Notes: generated by a model not told the origin, from the sequence alone. Numbered from the stretch's first letter, positions 9,515 to 18,775 are shown. The stretch: DNA of 64,000 nt from Acidobacteriota bacterium (GCA_015659035.1 DQNS01000041.1:10-64009), one strand, 5' to 3'. Numbers and translations: made by a program.

Positions 9515-10343
9515 ACCCGCAGGCGTCCATCATGCCCAAGTGGCAGATCGAGAAGTCGAAACGGACCGGGTCCTCGGGGTCCAGACGCCGCAACGACTCA
9601 GTGATCTCGCTCGCCATCCCCCAGCCGGGGCTCCGGTATCGCGTAAGGCCGAGGCACCGACCCACACGGATCACGTGCGTGTCGAGCGGGACGACCAGCT
9701 TGGACGGGGACAGCCCGGACCAGACACCGAGGTCGACCGCGTCCCGTCGCACCATCCACCGGAGAAACAGGTTGAGACGCTTGCAGGCGCTGCCGGCGGC
9801 GGGGCGGGGAAAGAAATAGGTCACCCAGCGCCGGCCGTCGTGGTCGCCATAGATCGCATCGAGGTCGATCGCCCGCGCCCGCATCGCAAACCGGTTCAGC
9901 GCCGGTCCGACATCCGACGCGGAGGCCGCGTGACCCTCGAGAAAGAACCGCTCGATCGACCCCGCCTTCGCGAGCATCCGTCGCAGGATCCAGAGCAGCG
10001 CGATCAGGTCCACGCCCCGGACCCAGCGGTGCACGAGTGGGCGTAGGCGATCTGTGTCGCGCGCGGGGTCGAAGTGGCGGACGAACGCGGCCGGACTGCC
10101 CCCCAGCACCGCGAGCAACGACTCGGTCGTGCTCAGCACGCTCGCGACCTTGCCGAACGCCAGCGCAGACGCGCAGAACGCAACCACCTCCCGGTCGGCA
10201 GGGGTGGTGTAGCGACGAACGACGTGGACCGGGTCGACCGCCGATTCGACATGGTTGAAGGTGGCGTACAGACGCTCGAGCGGCGCCTTGAGCCGGCGGA
10301 GTGTCGATGACGGCACCCGACGGCTAGTGGCCCGCATAGACAT
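9414..10343 (-). CDS. conserved hypothetical protein (possibly DUF2400/TIGR02757-like)
   Basis: 309-aa ORF with coding-like composition and a Cys-rich C-terminus (CHLGMMDACGF..CPLRGVC). Family assignment is from memory only. Confidence 0.55.
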   Translation of the reverse strand: MSMRATSRRVPSSTLRRLKAPLERLYATFNHVESAVDPVHVVRRYTTPADREVVAFCASALAFGKVASVLSTTESLLAVLGGSPAAFVRHFDPARDTDRLRPLVHRWVRGVDLIALLWILRRMLAKAGSIERFFLEGHAASASDVGPALNRFAMRARAIDLDAIYGDHDGRRWVTYFFPRPAAGSACKRLNLFLRWMVRRDAVDLGVWSGLSPSKLVVPLDTHVIRVGRCLGLTRYRSPGWGMASEITESLRRLDPEDPVRFDFSICHLGMMDACGFNRPQRDDRCPLRGVCRPAGRRRRVSPGPFVRR

Positions 10344-10379
10344 CTAGTGCCGCGTGCACCAGGCTCAGCCGCGAACCGC

Positions 10380-11774
10380 TCATGAGCGTCGATCGAACGA
10401 CGTTGCGCCGGGCACCGTCTCGTTCACGTAGACGGTCCGTCCGCCGACCATGGTGGCCGCCACACCGCCGTGTAGCGACCACCCGTCGAACGGCGTGTTT
10501 CGCGCCAACGACCTGAACGCGGCCGCCTCGACCCTGACGGCCAGATCTGGCGCCAACACCGTGATGTCGGCCGGCACGCCGGCGGTCAGCTCACCCCCCG
10601 GCACCCCGAGGACACGGGCCGGATTCACCGACAGCAACTCGACCAGACGGCTCAACCGGACGCGACCGGCGTGCACCAGCCGGTCCAGACAGATCGACAC
10701 CGCCGTTTCAAGACCGACGATCCCGAACGGCGCGCGGTCGAACTCCACAAGCTTCTCGTCGTAATGATGCGGAGCGTGGTCGGTGGCGATGCAATCGATG
10801 CTGCCGTCGCGCAACCCTTCCAGCATCGCCTCGACATCGGCCGCCTCGCGCAGCGGCGGATTCATCTTGTAGTTCGTGTCGTAGCCGGCAAGCTGCTCGT
10901 CGGTCAGTGTGAAGTGGTGCGGCGTCACCTCGCAGCTCACCCGGATACCCTTGTCCTTACCGGACCGAACCGCGTCCAGCGCTCCCCGCGCACTGATGTG
11001 CGCGATGTGCACCGGCGACCCGGTGAGACCGCTCAGGGTGACATCGCGCTCCACGATGATCTCCTCGGCGACTCCCGGCAGCCCGCGCAACCCCAGAACC
11101 GCCGCGTGATGACCTTCGTGCGCGACACCGTCCCCCGCGAGCGACACGTCCTCGCAGTGGTCGATCACCGGCATATCGAACATCGCCGCGTACTCGAGCG
11201 CACGTCGCATCAACGACGCGTTGGCCACCGGACGTCCATCGTCGGACACGGCGACACATCCGGCGGCCCGGAGCTCGCCAATCTGGGCGAGCTGCTCACC
11301 CGCCTGGCCCTTCGTGACCGCGCCGACCGGATAGACCCGCGCGAGCCTGGCCTGGGCCGCCCGGTCCAGGATCAGCCTCGTGATGCCGGCGTCGTCGTTG
11401 ACTGGGTCGGTGTTCGGCATACACGCGACGGCGGTGAAGCCGCCAGCCACCGCGGCGGCGACACCGGTCGCCACGGTTTCCTTGTACTCGTGCCCCGGCT
11501 CACGCAGATGGACATGCATGTCGATGAACCCGGGACAGACGACGCATCCGGGTGGCACCTCGATGATGACGGTGCCGGGCTCGATCTCGAGGTTCGGACC
11601 GACCCGGGTCACGCGACCACCGTCGATCAGCACGTCCGCCGACCCGTCGACGCCGTTGACCGGGTCGACGACGCGCCCGCCCTTGAGGATCGTCCTATCT
11701 GGGTTCGACACCTGTGTACCCACTGGTTCCCACGCGGACAAGTTCGGCCTCGCCCGCGTGGCGGTGCTGCTCAA
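10380..11774 (-). CDS. pyrC: dihydroorotase
   Basis: GFIDMHVHLREPG metal-binding motif. The true start may be GTG near 11711 (VSNPDRTILKGGRVVDP). Confidence 0.88.
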   Translation of the reverse strand: MSSTATRARPNLSAWEPVGTQVSNPDRTILKGGRVVDPVNGVDGSADVLIDGGRVTRVGPNLEIEPGTVIIEVPPGCVVCPGFIDMHVHLREPGHEYKETVATGVAAAVAGGFTAVACMPNTDPVNDDAGITRLILDRAAQARLARVYPVGAVTKGQAGEQLAQIGELRAAGCVAVSDDGRPVANASLMRRALEYAAMFDMPVIDHCEDVSLAGDGVAHEGHHAAVLGLRGLPGVAEEIIVERDVTLSGLTGSPVHIAHISARGALDAVRSGKDKGIRVSCEVTPHHFTLTDEQLAGYDTNYKMNPPLREAADVEAMLEGLRDGSIDCIATDHAPHHYDEKLVEFDRAPFGIVGLETAVSICLDRLVHAGRVRLSRLVELLSVNPARVLGVPGGELTAGVPADITVLAPDLAVRVEAAAFRSLARNTPFDGWSLHGGVAATMVGGRTVYVNETVPGATSFDRRS

Positions 11775-11814
11775 GAAGTCAGAAGTCAGGAGGAGGCCGG
11801 AGGGCTTCGCCAGC
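11772..11814 (-). repeat. R1 family repeat unit
   Basis: CAAGAAGTCAGAAGTCAGGAGGAGGCCGGAGGGCTTCGCCAGC between the pyrC start and the pyrB stop. Confidence 0.75.
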
Positions 11815-11908
11815 TTCTGTTCTACTCAACGGACCAACGACTCGAGCTACGTGAGCGTCATTTGTCCCCAGTCCCCAGTCCGCAGGTTCTGAGGTAATCA
11901 GCAACCTG

Positions 11909-12928
11909 CTACTCATGCCGGGCGCCGGCCAGCAAATACAGCACCGCCATGCGCACGGCGACACCGTTCGCCACCTGCTCGAGGATGACCGAGTAGGGCC
12001 CGTCGGCGACCTCCGACGCGATTTCGACACCGCGGTTCATCGGACCGGGATGCATGATGATGACGTCCCGCTTCGCGCGGCGGAGACGCGCCACCGTCAT
12101 CCCGAACTGCTGAAAATACTCGCGCAGCGACGGGAAGAAGTAGCCGCGCATCCGTTCCAGCTGGATCCGGAGCAGCATGATGACGTCGGCGTCCTCGACC
12201 GCCTCGTCGATCGAGGTGGTCGCCCGCACACTCAGCCGGGCCATGTCAGGCAACATCAAGGTGGCCGGCCCGCAGACGCACACCTCCGCACCGAGCGCGC
12301 GCAGCAGCAGCACGTTCGACCGCAGCACGCGGCTGTGGAGCAGGTCGCCGATGATGGAGACCTTCAGCCCCTCGACCCGGCCCTTGCGTTGCCGAATGGT
12401 CATCGCGTCGAGCAGCGCCTGGGTCGGGTGCTCGTGCATGCCGTCGCCCGCGTTGATGACCCGGGCGCGACAGAGACGCGCTGCCAGATGACCGGCCCCC
12501 GCCGCAGCATGCCGCAGCACGATCATGTCGGGGGCCATCGCCTCGAGATTGCGCACGGTATCGGCCAGGGTCTCCCCCTTCACGACGCTCGAACCGGTGG
12601 CCGCGACGTTCAGGGTGTCGGCGCTGAGCCGCTTCTCGGCGATCTCGAACGAGGCGCGGGTGCGGGTGCTCGCCTCGAAGAAGAGATTCACCACCGTCTT
12701 GCCCCGCAGCGTCGGCACCTTTTTGATCGTGCGGGTGCCAACCTCCTTCATGGCCTCGGCCGTATCGAGAATCAGCTGAATCTCGTCCGCCGACAGATCG
12801 CCGATGCTGAGCAGGTCCTTCGCACGCAGCCCCGCCGGAGTCTCGAATTCCGCTGGCGCGCCGGACGATCCACTCCCGGTGAGCGGAATCTCGGCATCGT
12901 GACGCGTGGGGTCAGTCCTCGGGAGCAT
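11909..12928 (-). CDS. pyrB: aspartate carbamoyltransferase catalytic subunit
   Basis: [13 protein letters not shown] and HPTQALLD motifs. Confidence 0.95.
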   Translation of the reverse strand: MLPRTDPTRHDAEIPLTGSGSSGAPAEFETPAGLRAKDLLSIGDLSADEIQLILDTAEAMKEVGTRTIKKVPTLRGKTVVNLFFEASTRTRASFEIAEKRLSADTLNVAATGSSVVKGETLADTVRNLEAMAPDMIVLRHAAAGAGHLAARLCRARVINAGDGMHEHPTQALLDAMTIRQRKGRVEGLKVSIIGDLLHSRVLRSNVLLLRALGAEVCVCGPATLMLPDMARLSVRATTSIDEAVEDADVIMLLRIQLERMRGYFFPSLREYFQQFGMTVARLRRAKRDVIIMHPGPMNRGVEIASEVADGPYSVILEQVANGVAVRMAVLYLLAGARHE

Positions 12929-13442
12929 CTTCTAACACCACCTCATCCACCCCCTCGACCTCTTCCAGCCGGACCTGGACGCTCTGGCGGAGGGAGGTTG
13001 GCAGATTCTTGCCGACATAGTCGGCCTTGATCGGGAGCTCGCGGTGCCCCCGGTCCACGAGGACGACGAGCTCGATGGACCGAGGGCGACCAAAGTCAAT
13101 GAGCGCATCGAACGCCGCGCGAACTGTGCGACCGGTGTACAGGACGTCGTCGACCAGCAGAATCCGGCGGTCGTCGATCGAGAACTCGATCTCGGTCTTG
13201 CGTAGGACCGGTTGCGGTCCCACCGGGTGACGCATCAGGTCGTCCCGATACAACGTGATGTCGAGCACGCCCGTCGGCACGGCGACGTCCGTGATGTCGT
13301 GCAGCACGGCCGAGAGACGACGTGCGATCGGCACGCCGCGGGTCCGGATCCCGACCAGGGCCAGATCGTCGAGCGTGCGATGGCGCTCAACGATCTCGTG
13401 CGCAATCCGGGTAACGGTGCGCGCGACCTGGTCTGCCGCCAT
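12912..13442 (-). CDS. pyrR: bifunctional pyr operon regulator / uracil phosphoribosyltransferase PyrR
   Basis: [21 protein letters not shown] motif. Overlaps the pyrB start. Start taken at ATG 13442 ([10 protein letters not shown]); the ORF is open to 13511. Confidence 0.85.
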   Translation of the reverse strand: MAADQVARTVTRIAHEIVERHRTLDDLALVGIRTRGVPIARRLSAVLHDITDVAVPTGVLDITLYRDDLMRHPVGPQPVLRKTEIEFSIDDRRILLVDDVLYTGRTVRAAFDALIDFGRPRSIELVVLVDRGHRELPIKADYVGKNLPTSLRQSVQVRLEEVEGVDEVVLEDAPED

Positions 13443-13571
13443 CACGACAGGCACGATAACTCCCTGGGGATCGCTGGCAGCCAGCACGTCGCCGCGGAAT
13501 AGACACCGCAACGAGACGGACTCCAGCAGGGTGAGATGGGGAGGACGCGTCGGGAACGGAACACTGTCACA

Positions 13572-13595
13572 CCTCTTTGCGGCCTCTCCGGGCCA
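13572..13595 (-). promoter_or_regulatory. candidate PyrR-binding hairpin in the pyrR leader
   Basis: Minus-strand RNA reads UGGCCCGGAGAGGCCGCAAAGAGG. The GGCC/GGCC stem presents CGGAGA, loosely like the UCCAGAGAGGCU PyrR loop recalled from Bacillus. Confidence 0.25.
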
Positions 13596-13627
13596 GCATT
13601 AAAGAGACTGATCAATATTAGCGTCCG

Positions 13628-13781
13628 GTCCCAGAGGTTCGCAACATAATTCCGCGCGGGGCATCCCGCCTGGACTGCGTTGCTCCTCTCACAAATCCCC
13701 AATTTGCTCCCTCGTCGCGCCTTGCAATGGCCGGGCGCGGCATGAGCACGACGCGGGACTCATGCCGCGAACCTCTGGGAC
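13628..13781 (-). ncRNA. candidate structured RNA element, SE family copy D
   Basis: Perfect 15-bp closing helix GTCCCAGAGGTTCGC/GCGAACCTCTGGGAC. Core reads GCAAGGCGCGACGAGGGAG..GAGAGGAGCAACG..CCAGGCGGGATGC. Sense with pyrR. Confidence 0.5.
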
Positions 13782-13860
13782 AGAACGCCAGTGCTCGGCC
13801 CGGTCGCTTGCCAAGCCATCGACAATATGCGCCAAGGGCGTTCAGGTATACTCGCCCGGT

Positions 13861-14679
13861 ATGCCGCTCGACGTCGACGCCGTCGTCGTGTCCAATACCC
13901 ACCTGTCAAACGACTACAACGTGCTGGTGCTGGCTGCCCCCGCCGTCGCGTCTCAGGTGCAACCGGGACAGTTCGTGATGGTCAAGCCCGGCGTCGGCGA
14001 CGACCCGCTGCTCCGCCGACCGTTCTCGGTGTTCGAGGTGCTGCGGGACGACGCGCGGGTCACTGGGCTCTCGCTGTTGAACAAGCGGGTCGGGGTCACC
14101 ACGCGAATGCTGTTCGCGCTGACACCGGGTGACCGGATCCGGTGTCTCGGTCCGCTCGGGCGACCGTTCTCGGTGACGGAACCGCCGGAACGGGCATGGA
14201 TGGTCGCCGGTGGGGTTGGGCTGGCGCCGTTCGCCACGCTCGCCGCGGCCCTCCGGGAGCGAAATGTGAAGACCACCCTGTTCTACGGTGGTCGGAGCGC
14301 GACCGACCTGTTTCATCTCGACGAGTTCCGTCAACGTGGTGTCAGCCTCACGCTGGCCACCGACGATGGGAGCCGGGGCGTGCAGGGGAACGTCACCGTC
14401 CCGCTCGCACGAGCCTTCTGTGACGCAGACCGGGCGACACCGATCCGGGTCTATGCCTGCGGACCGACGGCGATGATGCGCGCCGTGACGGAACTGGCGG
14501 CGACCCACGGACGCGCGATCGAGGTGTCGCTGGAGCAGGTGATGGGCTGCGGTCTCGGCGGGTGCTACAGCTGTGTCATACCGGTACAGCGCGACAGCGG
14601 TCCTGCCCGCCTCGTGCGTTCGTGTCTCGACGGACCGGTCTTCGACGGCGGCACCGTGGTCTGGGAGCAGCTAGGATGA
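13861..14679 (+). CDS. pyrK: dihydroorotate dehydrogenase electron-transfer subunit
   Basis: FAD/NAD-binding ferredoxin-reductase-like sequence with C-terminal CGLGGCYSC..C 2Fe-2S cysteines. ATGA overlap with pyrD. Confidence 0.85.
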   Translation: MPLDVDAVVVSNTHLSNDYNVLVLAAPAVASQVQPGQFVMVKPGVGDDPLLRRPFSVFEVLRDDARVTGLSLLNKRVGVTTRMLFALTPGDRIRCLGPLGRPFSVTEPPERAWMVAGGVGLAPFATLAAALRERNVKTTLFYGGRSATDLFHLDEFRQRGVSLTLATDDGSRGVQGNVTVPLARAFCDADRATPIRVYACGPTAMMRAVTELAATHGRAIEVSLEQVMGCGLGGCYSCVIPVQRDSGPARLVRSCLDGPVFDGGTVVWEQLG

Positions 14680-15620
14680 GCGTCGACCTGTCGGTTGACA
14701 TCGCCGGGTTGCACCTGCGCAATCCGTTCATTGCCGCGAGCGGCTGTTTCGGTTACGGCGTGGAATACGCCGATCTGGTGGACCTGTCGACTCTTGGCGG
14801 GGTCGCGGTCAAGGGGCTGTTTCTCGATGCGCGGGAAGGCCATCCACCGACACGAATCGTGGAAACGCCGAGCGGGATGCTGAACGCCATCGGGTTGCAG
14901 GGCATCGGTGTCCGGCGGTTCGTGGCCGAAAAGCTACCATTGCTCCGCGCGCACGGCGCCGTCGTGATCGTCAACATCTGCGGCTCGACGATCGACGAGT
15001 ATGCCGAGGTCGCGCGGATCCTGGACGACGCCGATGGGGTCGGCGCGCTGGAGGTGAACATCTCCTGCCCGAACATCAAGAAGGGCGGGATGATGTTCGG
15101 CTGCTCGCTGCAGGGCACGCGCGACGTCGTCGCCGCGGTACGCCGGGTCACCCGGCGTCCGGTCATCCCGAAGCTCACGCCGAACGTGACCGACGTCGCG
15201 TCGTTCGCCGCCGCGGCACGTGACGCGGGGGCGGACGCCGTCTCGCTCGTCAACACGTTCTTGGCGATGGCGATCGACGTCGAGACGCGCCGCCCCAAGC
15301 TCTCGAACGTGGTGGGCGGACTGAGCGGCCCGGCGATCCGGCCGATCGCGGTCCGGATGGTCCATGAGTGCCGGCAGGCGGTGGACCTGCCCATCATCGG
15401 CATGGGCGGCATCATGACCACCGGGGATGCACTGGAGTTCATCATCGCCGGCGCCACCGCCGTGCAGGTGGGCACGGCCAACTTCGTGGACCCGTTCATC
15501 TGGAACAAGCTGGTGACAGGCCTCACCGACTACTTGCAACGCCACGGGCTCGCGACGGTGTCCGACCTCGTCGGCACCCTCGACATCACGGACAGGGATA
15601 CGGTGTGGACCAGCTCCTAG
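14676..15620 (+). CDS. pyrD: dihydroorotate dehydrogenase (class 1B) catalytic subunit
   Basis: [16 protein letters not shown]-terminus and [19 protein letters not shown] motifs. Confidence 0.9.
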   Translation: MSVDLSVDIAGLHLRNPFIAASGCFGYGVEYADLVDLSTLGGVAVKGLFLDAREGHPPTRIVETPSGMLNAIGLQGIGVRRFVAEKLPLLRAHGAVVIVNICGSTIDEYAEVARILDDADGVGALEVNISCPNIKKGGMMFGCSLQGTRDVVAAVRRVTRRPVIPKLTPNVTDVASFAAAARDAGADAVSLVNTFLAMAIDVETRRPKLSNVVGGLSGPAIRPIAVRMVHECRQAVDLPIIGMGGIMTTGDALEFIIAGATAVQVGTANFVDPFIWNKLVTGLTDYLQRHGLATVSDLVGTLDITDRDTVWTSS

Positions 15621-15906
15621 TGGCGCTCGATGTCGACACCCGAGAGCGGGCGCTCGAGCTGGCCGACCTGCTGCGTGGCACCGCCGGGGGGGCAAGATCG
15701 GGAGCCGGCTCTTCACGAGCGAAGGACCGTCGCTCATCTCAACGCTCACGCACCGCGGGGACCGGGTCTTCCTTGATCTCAAGTATCACGACATTCCGAC
15801 GGTCGCGGCCGAGGCGGTGCGCGCCGCCGCCCGTCTCGGGACCTGGATGCTCACGGTCCATTCATCGTGTCCCCGGACCCGCTCGCGTCCGCCAAGGCCA
15901 TCGTGA
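15605..15906 (+). pseudogene. pyrF: orotidine 5'-phosphate decarboxylase remnant (frameshifted and truncated)
   Basis: [23 protein letters not shown] in one frame, then [43 protein letters not shown] in another frame after a G7 run (15686-15692). Stops about 95 codons in, and the middle and C-terminal domain are missing. Confidence 0.6.
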
Positions 15907-15930
15907 GACAGCTAGAAGAGCAGCGCGCCC

Positions 15931-15960
15931 GGAGCCTGAAGCCTGAACCCTGCAGCCTGA
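15931..15960. repeat. R1-related short repeat (GCCTGAA variant)
   Basis: GGAGCCTGAAGCCTGAACCCTGCAGCCTGAA. Resembles the variant at 24920-24950. Confidence 0.4.
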
Positions 15961-15994
15961 AATGGTTCACCAGCCTGCTGAGGGCCCTCAACCC

Positions 15995-16240
15995 ATGCAT
16001 CTGACCCTCTACACCCGCCCGGGGTGCCATCTGTGCGACGACCTGAAGGAGACCCTGTTGCGAGTCCGCCGCCGGCAGGCGTTCGAGCTGAGGGAGGTCG
16101 ACATCTCGGGCGACCCGGCGCTCGAGCGGCGGTATGGACACGACATCCCGGTGCTGCTGCTCGACGGTGTCGAGACCGCGCGACACCGGATCGACGAGGC
16201 CGACCTCATACGCAGGTTGACTCGGGCACAGGCGGGATGA
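15995..16240 (+). CDS. glutaredoxin-like small thiol-disulfide protein
   Basis: MHLTLYTRPGCHLCDD CxxC motif in a thioredoxin-fold-sized ORF of about 81 aa. Confidence 0.7.
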   Translation: MHLTLYTRPGCHLCDDLKETLLRVRRRQAFELREVDISGDPALERRYGHDIPVLLLDGVETARHRIDEADLIRRLTRAQAG

Positions 16241-16242
16241 GT

Positions 16243-16398
16243 GGTCCGTCGCATACTTATAGCGACGCACCGAGGTCGTCGAGGCGCCCGGCCCGCAAGG
16301 CGCGAGTCGGGAGAAGACAGGGAGTATTTGACCGACGAGCAACGCAGCGGGACGGGATGCATCGGCGGCCGAATGCAGCCGTAATTATCCCACGGGCC
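16243..16398 (+). ncRNA. candidate structured RNA element, SE family copy C
   Basis: Starts 3 nt after the glutaredoxin-like stop. Core reads GCAAGGCGCGAGTCGGGAG..GACCGACGAGCAACG..GGGATGCATCGGCGGCC. Terminal arms pair at about 17 of 21 positions. Confidence 0.45.
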
Positions 16399-16406
16399 GC
16401 TAAGTC

Positions 16407-16434
16407 GTGTGTGCGGGGCGCTCCCCGCACACAC
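16407..16434. terminator. perfect 12-bp GC-rich hairpin between convergent genes
   Basis: GTGTGTGCGGGG-CGCT-CCCCGCACACAC. No U-tract, so function as an intrinsic terminator is inferred from position only. Confidence 0.45.
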
Positions 16435-16465
16435 GCTCAGAACGGTTCCGGTCGGGCGACCGGTC

Positions 16466-17044
16466 TTACTTGCCCGTGACGACGAAGTGCCCGCGCCGGT
16501 TGCGCGACCAGCACCCCTCGTGTGAATCGGTGCAGAAGGGCGACTCCTCGCCCCGGCTCACCGTCGCGATCCGGTTCGCCGCGATTCCAAGACTCACCAG
16601 ATAGTCCCTGACGGCAGTCGCGCGGCGCTCGCCGAGCGCGAGGTTGTACTCGTTGGTGCCGCGTTCGTCACAGTGGCCCTGCACGGTCACCCGCGTGGAG
16701 TCCCACTGGCCCATCCAGTCGGCGTTGCGCCGCAGCGCAGCCTGCCCGTCGGACAGCAACTCCGACATGTCGAGATCGAAGAACACCGGGTCGAGCGGCG
16801 AAGTGCTGTTGAGCTCCTCCAGCGACATCCGCGCGAACAACTCCTCGGGAGTCAGCGGCGCTGGCGGCGGCGGCGGCGGCGGTGGCGGCGGCGGTGGCGG
16901 CGGCGGTGGCGGTGGCGGTGGCGATGGTGCCGGCGGCGGCGGTGGCGGTGGCTCAGGCGGCGGGTTATCTGCGCAGCCCAGCGCACCAAGGCCGAGCACC
17001 AGGCTCAGGCACACGGCGAGCAGATAGCGATATGCGGACTTCAT
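16466..17044 (-). CDS. pal: OmpA-family peptidoglycan-associated lipoprotein with long polyproline linker
   Basis: Lipobox LGALGC, a Pro-rich linker of about 45 residues, and an OmpA_C-like domain (GHCDERGTNEYNLALGERRA). Confidence 0.8.
   Translation of the reverse strand: MKSAYRYLLAVCLSLVLGLGALGCADNPPPEPPPPPPPAPSPPPPPPPPPPPPPPPPPPPPAPLTPEELFARMSLEELNSTSPLDPVFFDLDMSELLSDGQAALRRNADWMGQWDSTRVTVQGHCDERGTNEYNLALGERRATAVRDYLVSLGIAANRIATVSRGEESPFCTDSHEGCWSRNRRGHFVVTGK
16863..16964. repeat. (GGY)n trinucleotide tract encoding the Pal polyproline linker
   Basis: About 100 nt of nearly uninterrupted GGCGGCGGT repeats on the plus strand (CCN codons on the minus strand). Confidence 0.9.
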
Positions 17045-17254
17045 TAGCAGCGTCTCCTGTTTCCGCGCTCCGATAAGGTCTTGTACGCCTTCTGGTTCAG
17101 ATACCGTATTCGAACGGAGCGCCCATATAGCCAGAAGTGCAAAGCTTACAGAGGAACGGTGAAATCTGTCAATTCACAGTATTTTCAACTACTTCCGACA
17201 CCCCGATCTCGGTGTCGACGCCAGGTGCGGCAGCACGGTCCGTTCTTGACCAGG

Positions 17255-17464
17255 TCAGTCGCCATCGCCGTCGCGGTCCTCGTCCTCGTCCGCCGGCTCA
17301 TCGAGGTCACCCGCGGCCTCCTCATCGGCCAGCTCGAGCGTGAGCGGCGACAACCCGAACACCACCAGATTGGCACCGCACTCGGAGCAACTCAGCTGGT
17401 CGCCACGGTCCACATCGAACTCGTCGACATCGATGTCGGCCCCGCACTCGCTGCAGATCGCCAT
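17255..17464 (-). CDS. small LysW-like zinc-ribbon protein with acidic tail
   Basis: MAICSECGADIDVDEFDVDRGDQLSCSECGANLVVFGLSPLTLEL has two CxxC pairs, followed by the acidic tail DEPADEDEDRDGDGD. Confidence 0.6.
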   Translation of the reverse strand: MAICSECGADIDVDEFDVDRGDQLSCSECGANLVVFGLSPLTLELADEEAAGDLDEPADEDEDRDGDGD

Positions 17465-17809
17465 CCCCTGTTCGCGGCTCCAACGGGACCGAGCGCAGAG
17501 CACACCAACACCCGAGACCGGCTCTCCACATCGCCGGATAGCGGGGTGCGGGCGCAGAAGTATAGCGGGAACCCGTAGCGGACCGCAACGCATAACGACG
17601 CTCGGCGAGGCACACGGGTTCGCACTTCCTGGTGAAAGGCGCGCGTCGCACCGACACTCGCCGCAATTGATGCCGCCCTCGGCCAGTACACCCCGCCGCG
17701 CAGAAAGATTTGTCCACGAATGTCTGACTCCGGACACACGCAACGCCGATAACATGACAAGCGCTAGCCCGATGTCCCGCCACGGCGGGATCGGTGGAGA
17801 ATCTTCCCG

Positions 17810-18526
17810 ATGATCGCCGCAGCCGTAGGCTCCCGAACCGTGCTGATCGCCTCCGCGGCGACCGGCGTCCGGGACCGGTTCGCCGAGGCGCTGCTGCAGG
17901 CCGGTCACCGAACGCTCACAGCAGCGCGGACATCCGACCTGCTCGGCTCGGTCGACACCGCCCGGCCCGGCGTGGACCTGCTGTTGCTCGATCTCGGCCT
18001 GGGGGGTGGCGACGGCGTGTCACTGATCCGGCACATACGTGACCACGCCGGCAGTCTGCCGATCATCGTCTTCAGTGGATCGGTCATCGGCGCCGACGAG
18101 GTGCGCGGGCTGGCGGCGCTCGGGGTCACCGGCTACGTGAACGAGCACGTCGACGCCCAGCAGATCCTGTCATCGCTGGCACCGCACTTGTTTCCCGACA
18201 GCTTCAACCGGCGCAGCAGTGCTCGGGTCGTGCTCGCGATCCCCGTGTCCTACCGGTTCGACAACACCATCGGCGGCGCACTGACGTTGAACATCAGCAA
18301 GGGCGGGCTGGCCATCCGCACGATGAGCCCGCTGGCGATCTCTACCGCGGTGCGCGCGCACTTCCAGCTCCCCGGCGCGGACCGCGAGATCAGCGCCGGT
18401 TCGCGGGTGGTGTGGAGCGACCGACGGGTGGGCATGGGACTGCAGTTCGAACAAGTGGATGCCGGCGACCAGACCGCGGTCGACGAATATGTCGACCGGC
18501 ATGATCAGGCTGGGCCGGACGCGTGA
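17810..18526 (+). CDS. response-regulator receiver domain fused to a PilZ domain
   Basis: REC-like N-terminus (DLLLLDLGLGGGDG..VTGYV). C-terminal RRSSAR..(N24)..LNISKGGLAI matches the PilZ RxxxR / (D/N)xSxxG pattern. Confidence 0.75.
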   Translation: MIAAAVGSRTVLIASAATGVRDRFAEALLQAGHRTLTAARTSDLLGSVDTARPGVDLLLLDLGLGGGDGVSLIRHIRDHAGSLPIIVFSGSVIGADEVRGLAALGVTGYVNEHVDAQQILSSLAPHLFPDSFNRRSSARVVLAIPVSYRFDNTIGGALTLNISKGGLAIRTMSPLAISTAVRAHFQLPGADREISAGSRVVWSDRRVGMGLQFEQVDAGDQTAVDEYVDRHDQAGPDA

Positions 18527-18589
18527 GCGTCTTGACACGCTTTCGGCCGTGCCGTTAGGTTCTATGGGGAGTGTTGCGGCCCTCACTCC

Positions 18590-18775
18590 AGCCGTCCGTA
18601 GTGAAAGTCCAGCGCGGCACCGCGACCCGTCGTGGTCGTGATCGATGCCGCGCCCGCCCAGCAAGGCGCGAGGAGCGCGCATTCCGGGAAGCGGGAAGTA
18701 TGTGCGCGACGGGCAACGAAGCCGGGCGGGATGCATCGGCGGCCAGCGTGGCATAGTTATTCCCGCCCGGGTGCC
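18590..18775 (+). ncRNA. candidate structured RNA element, SE family copy A (3' part divergent)
   Basis: GTGAAAGTCCAGCGCGGCACC..GCAAGGCGCGAGGAGCGCGCAT..ATGTGCGCGACGGGCAACG..CCGGGCGGGATGCATCGGCGGCC. Lies about 100 nt upstream of the ABC operon start. Confidence 0.4.

Noticed and set aside
13628-13781. SE copy D considered as the PyrR-binding attenuator itself, because of its UCCCAGAGGUUCG arm.
   Set aside because: The same arm sequence occurs in copy E, upstream of the aldolase/BMC operon. Other copies have unrelated arms. The similarity is therefore probably a coincidence of the closing helix.
17465-17809. Possible ncRNA in the 345-bp spacer between the LysW-like and REC-PilZ genes.
   Set aside because: It contains only small, unremarkable hairpins, no repeat-family similarity and no recognisable RNA motif. 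It most likely holds divergent promoters.
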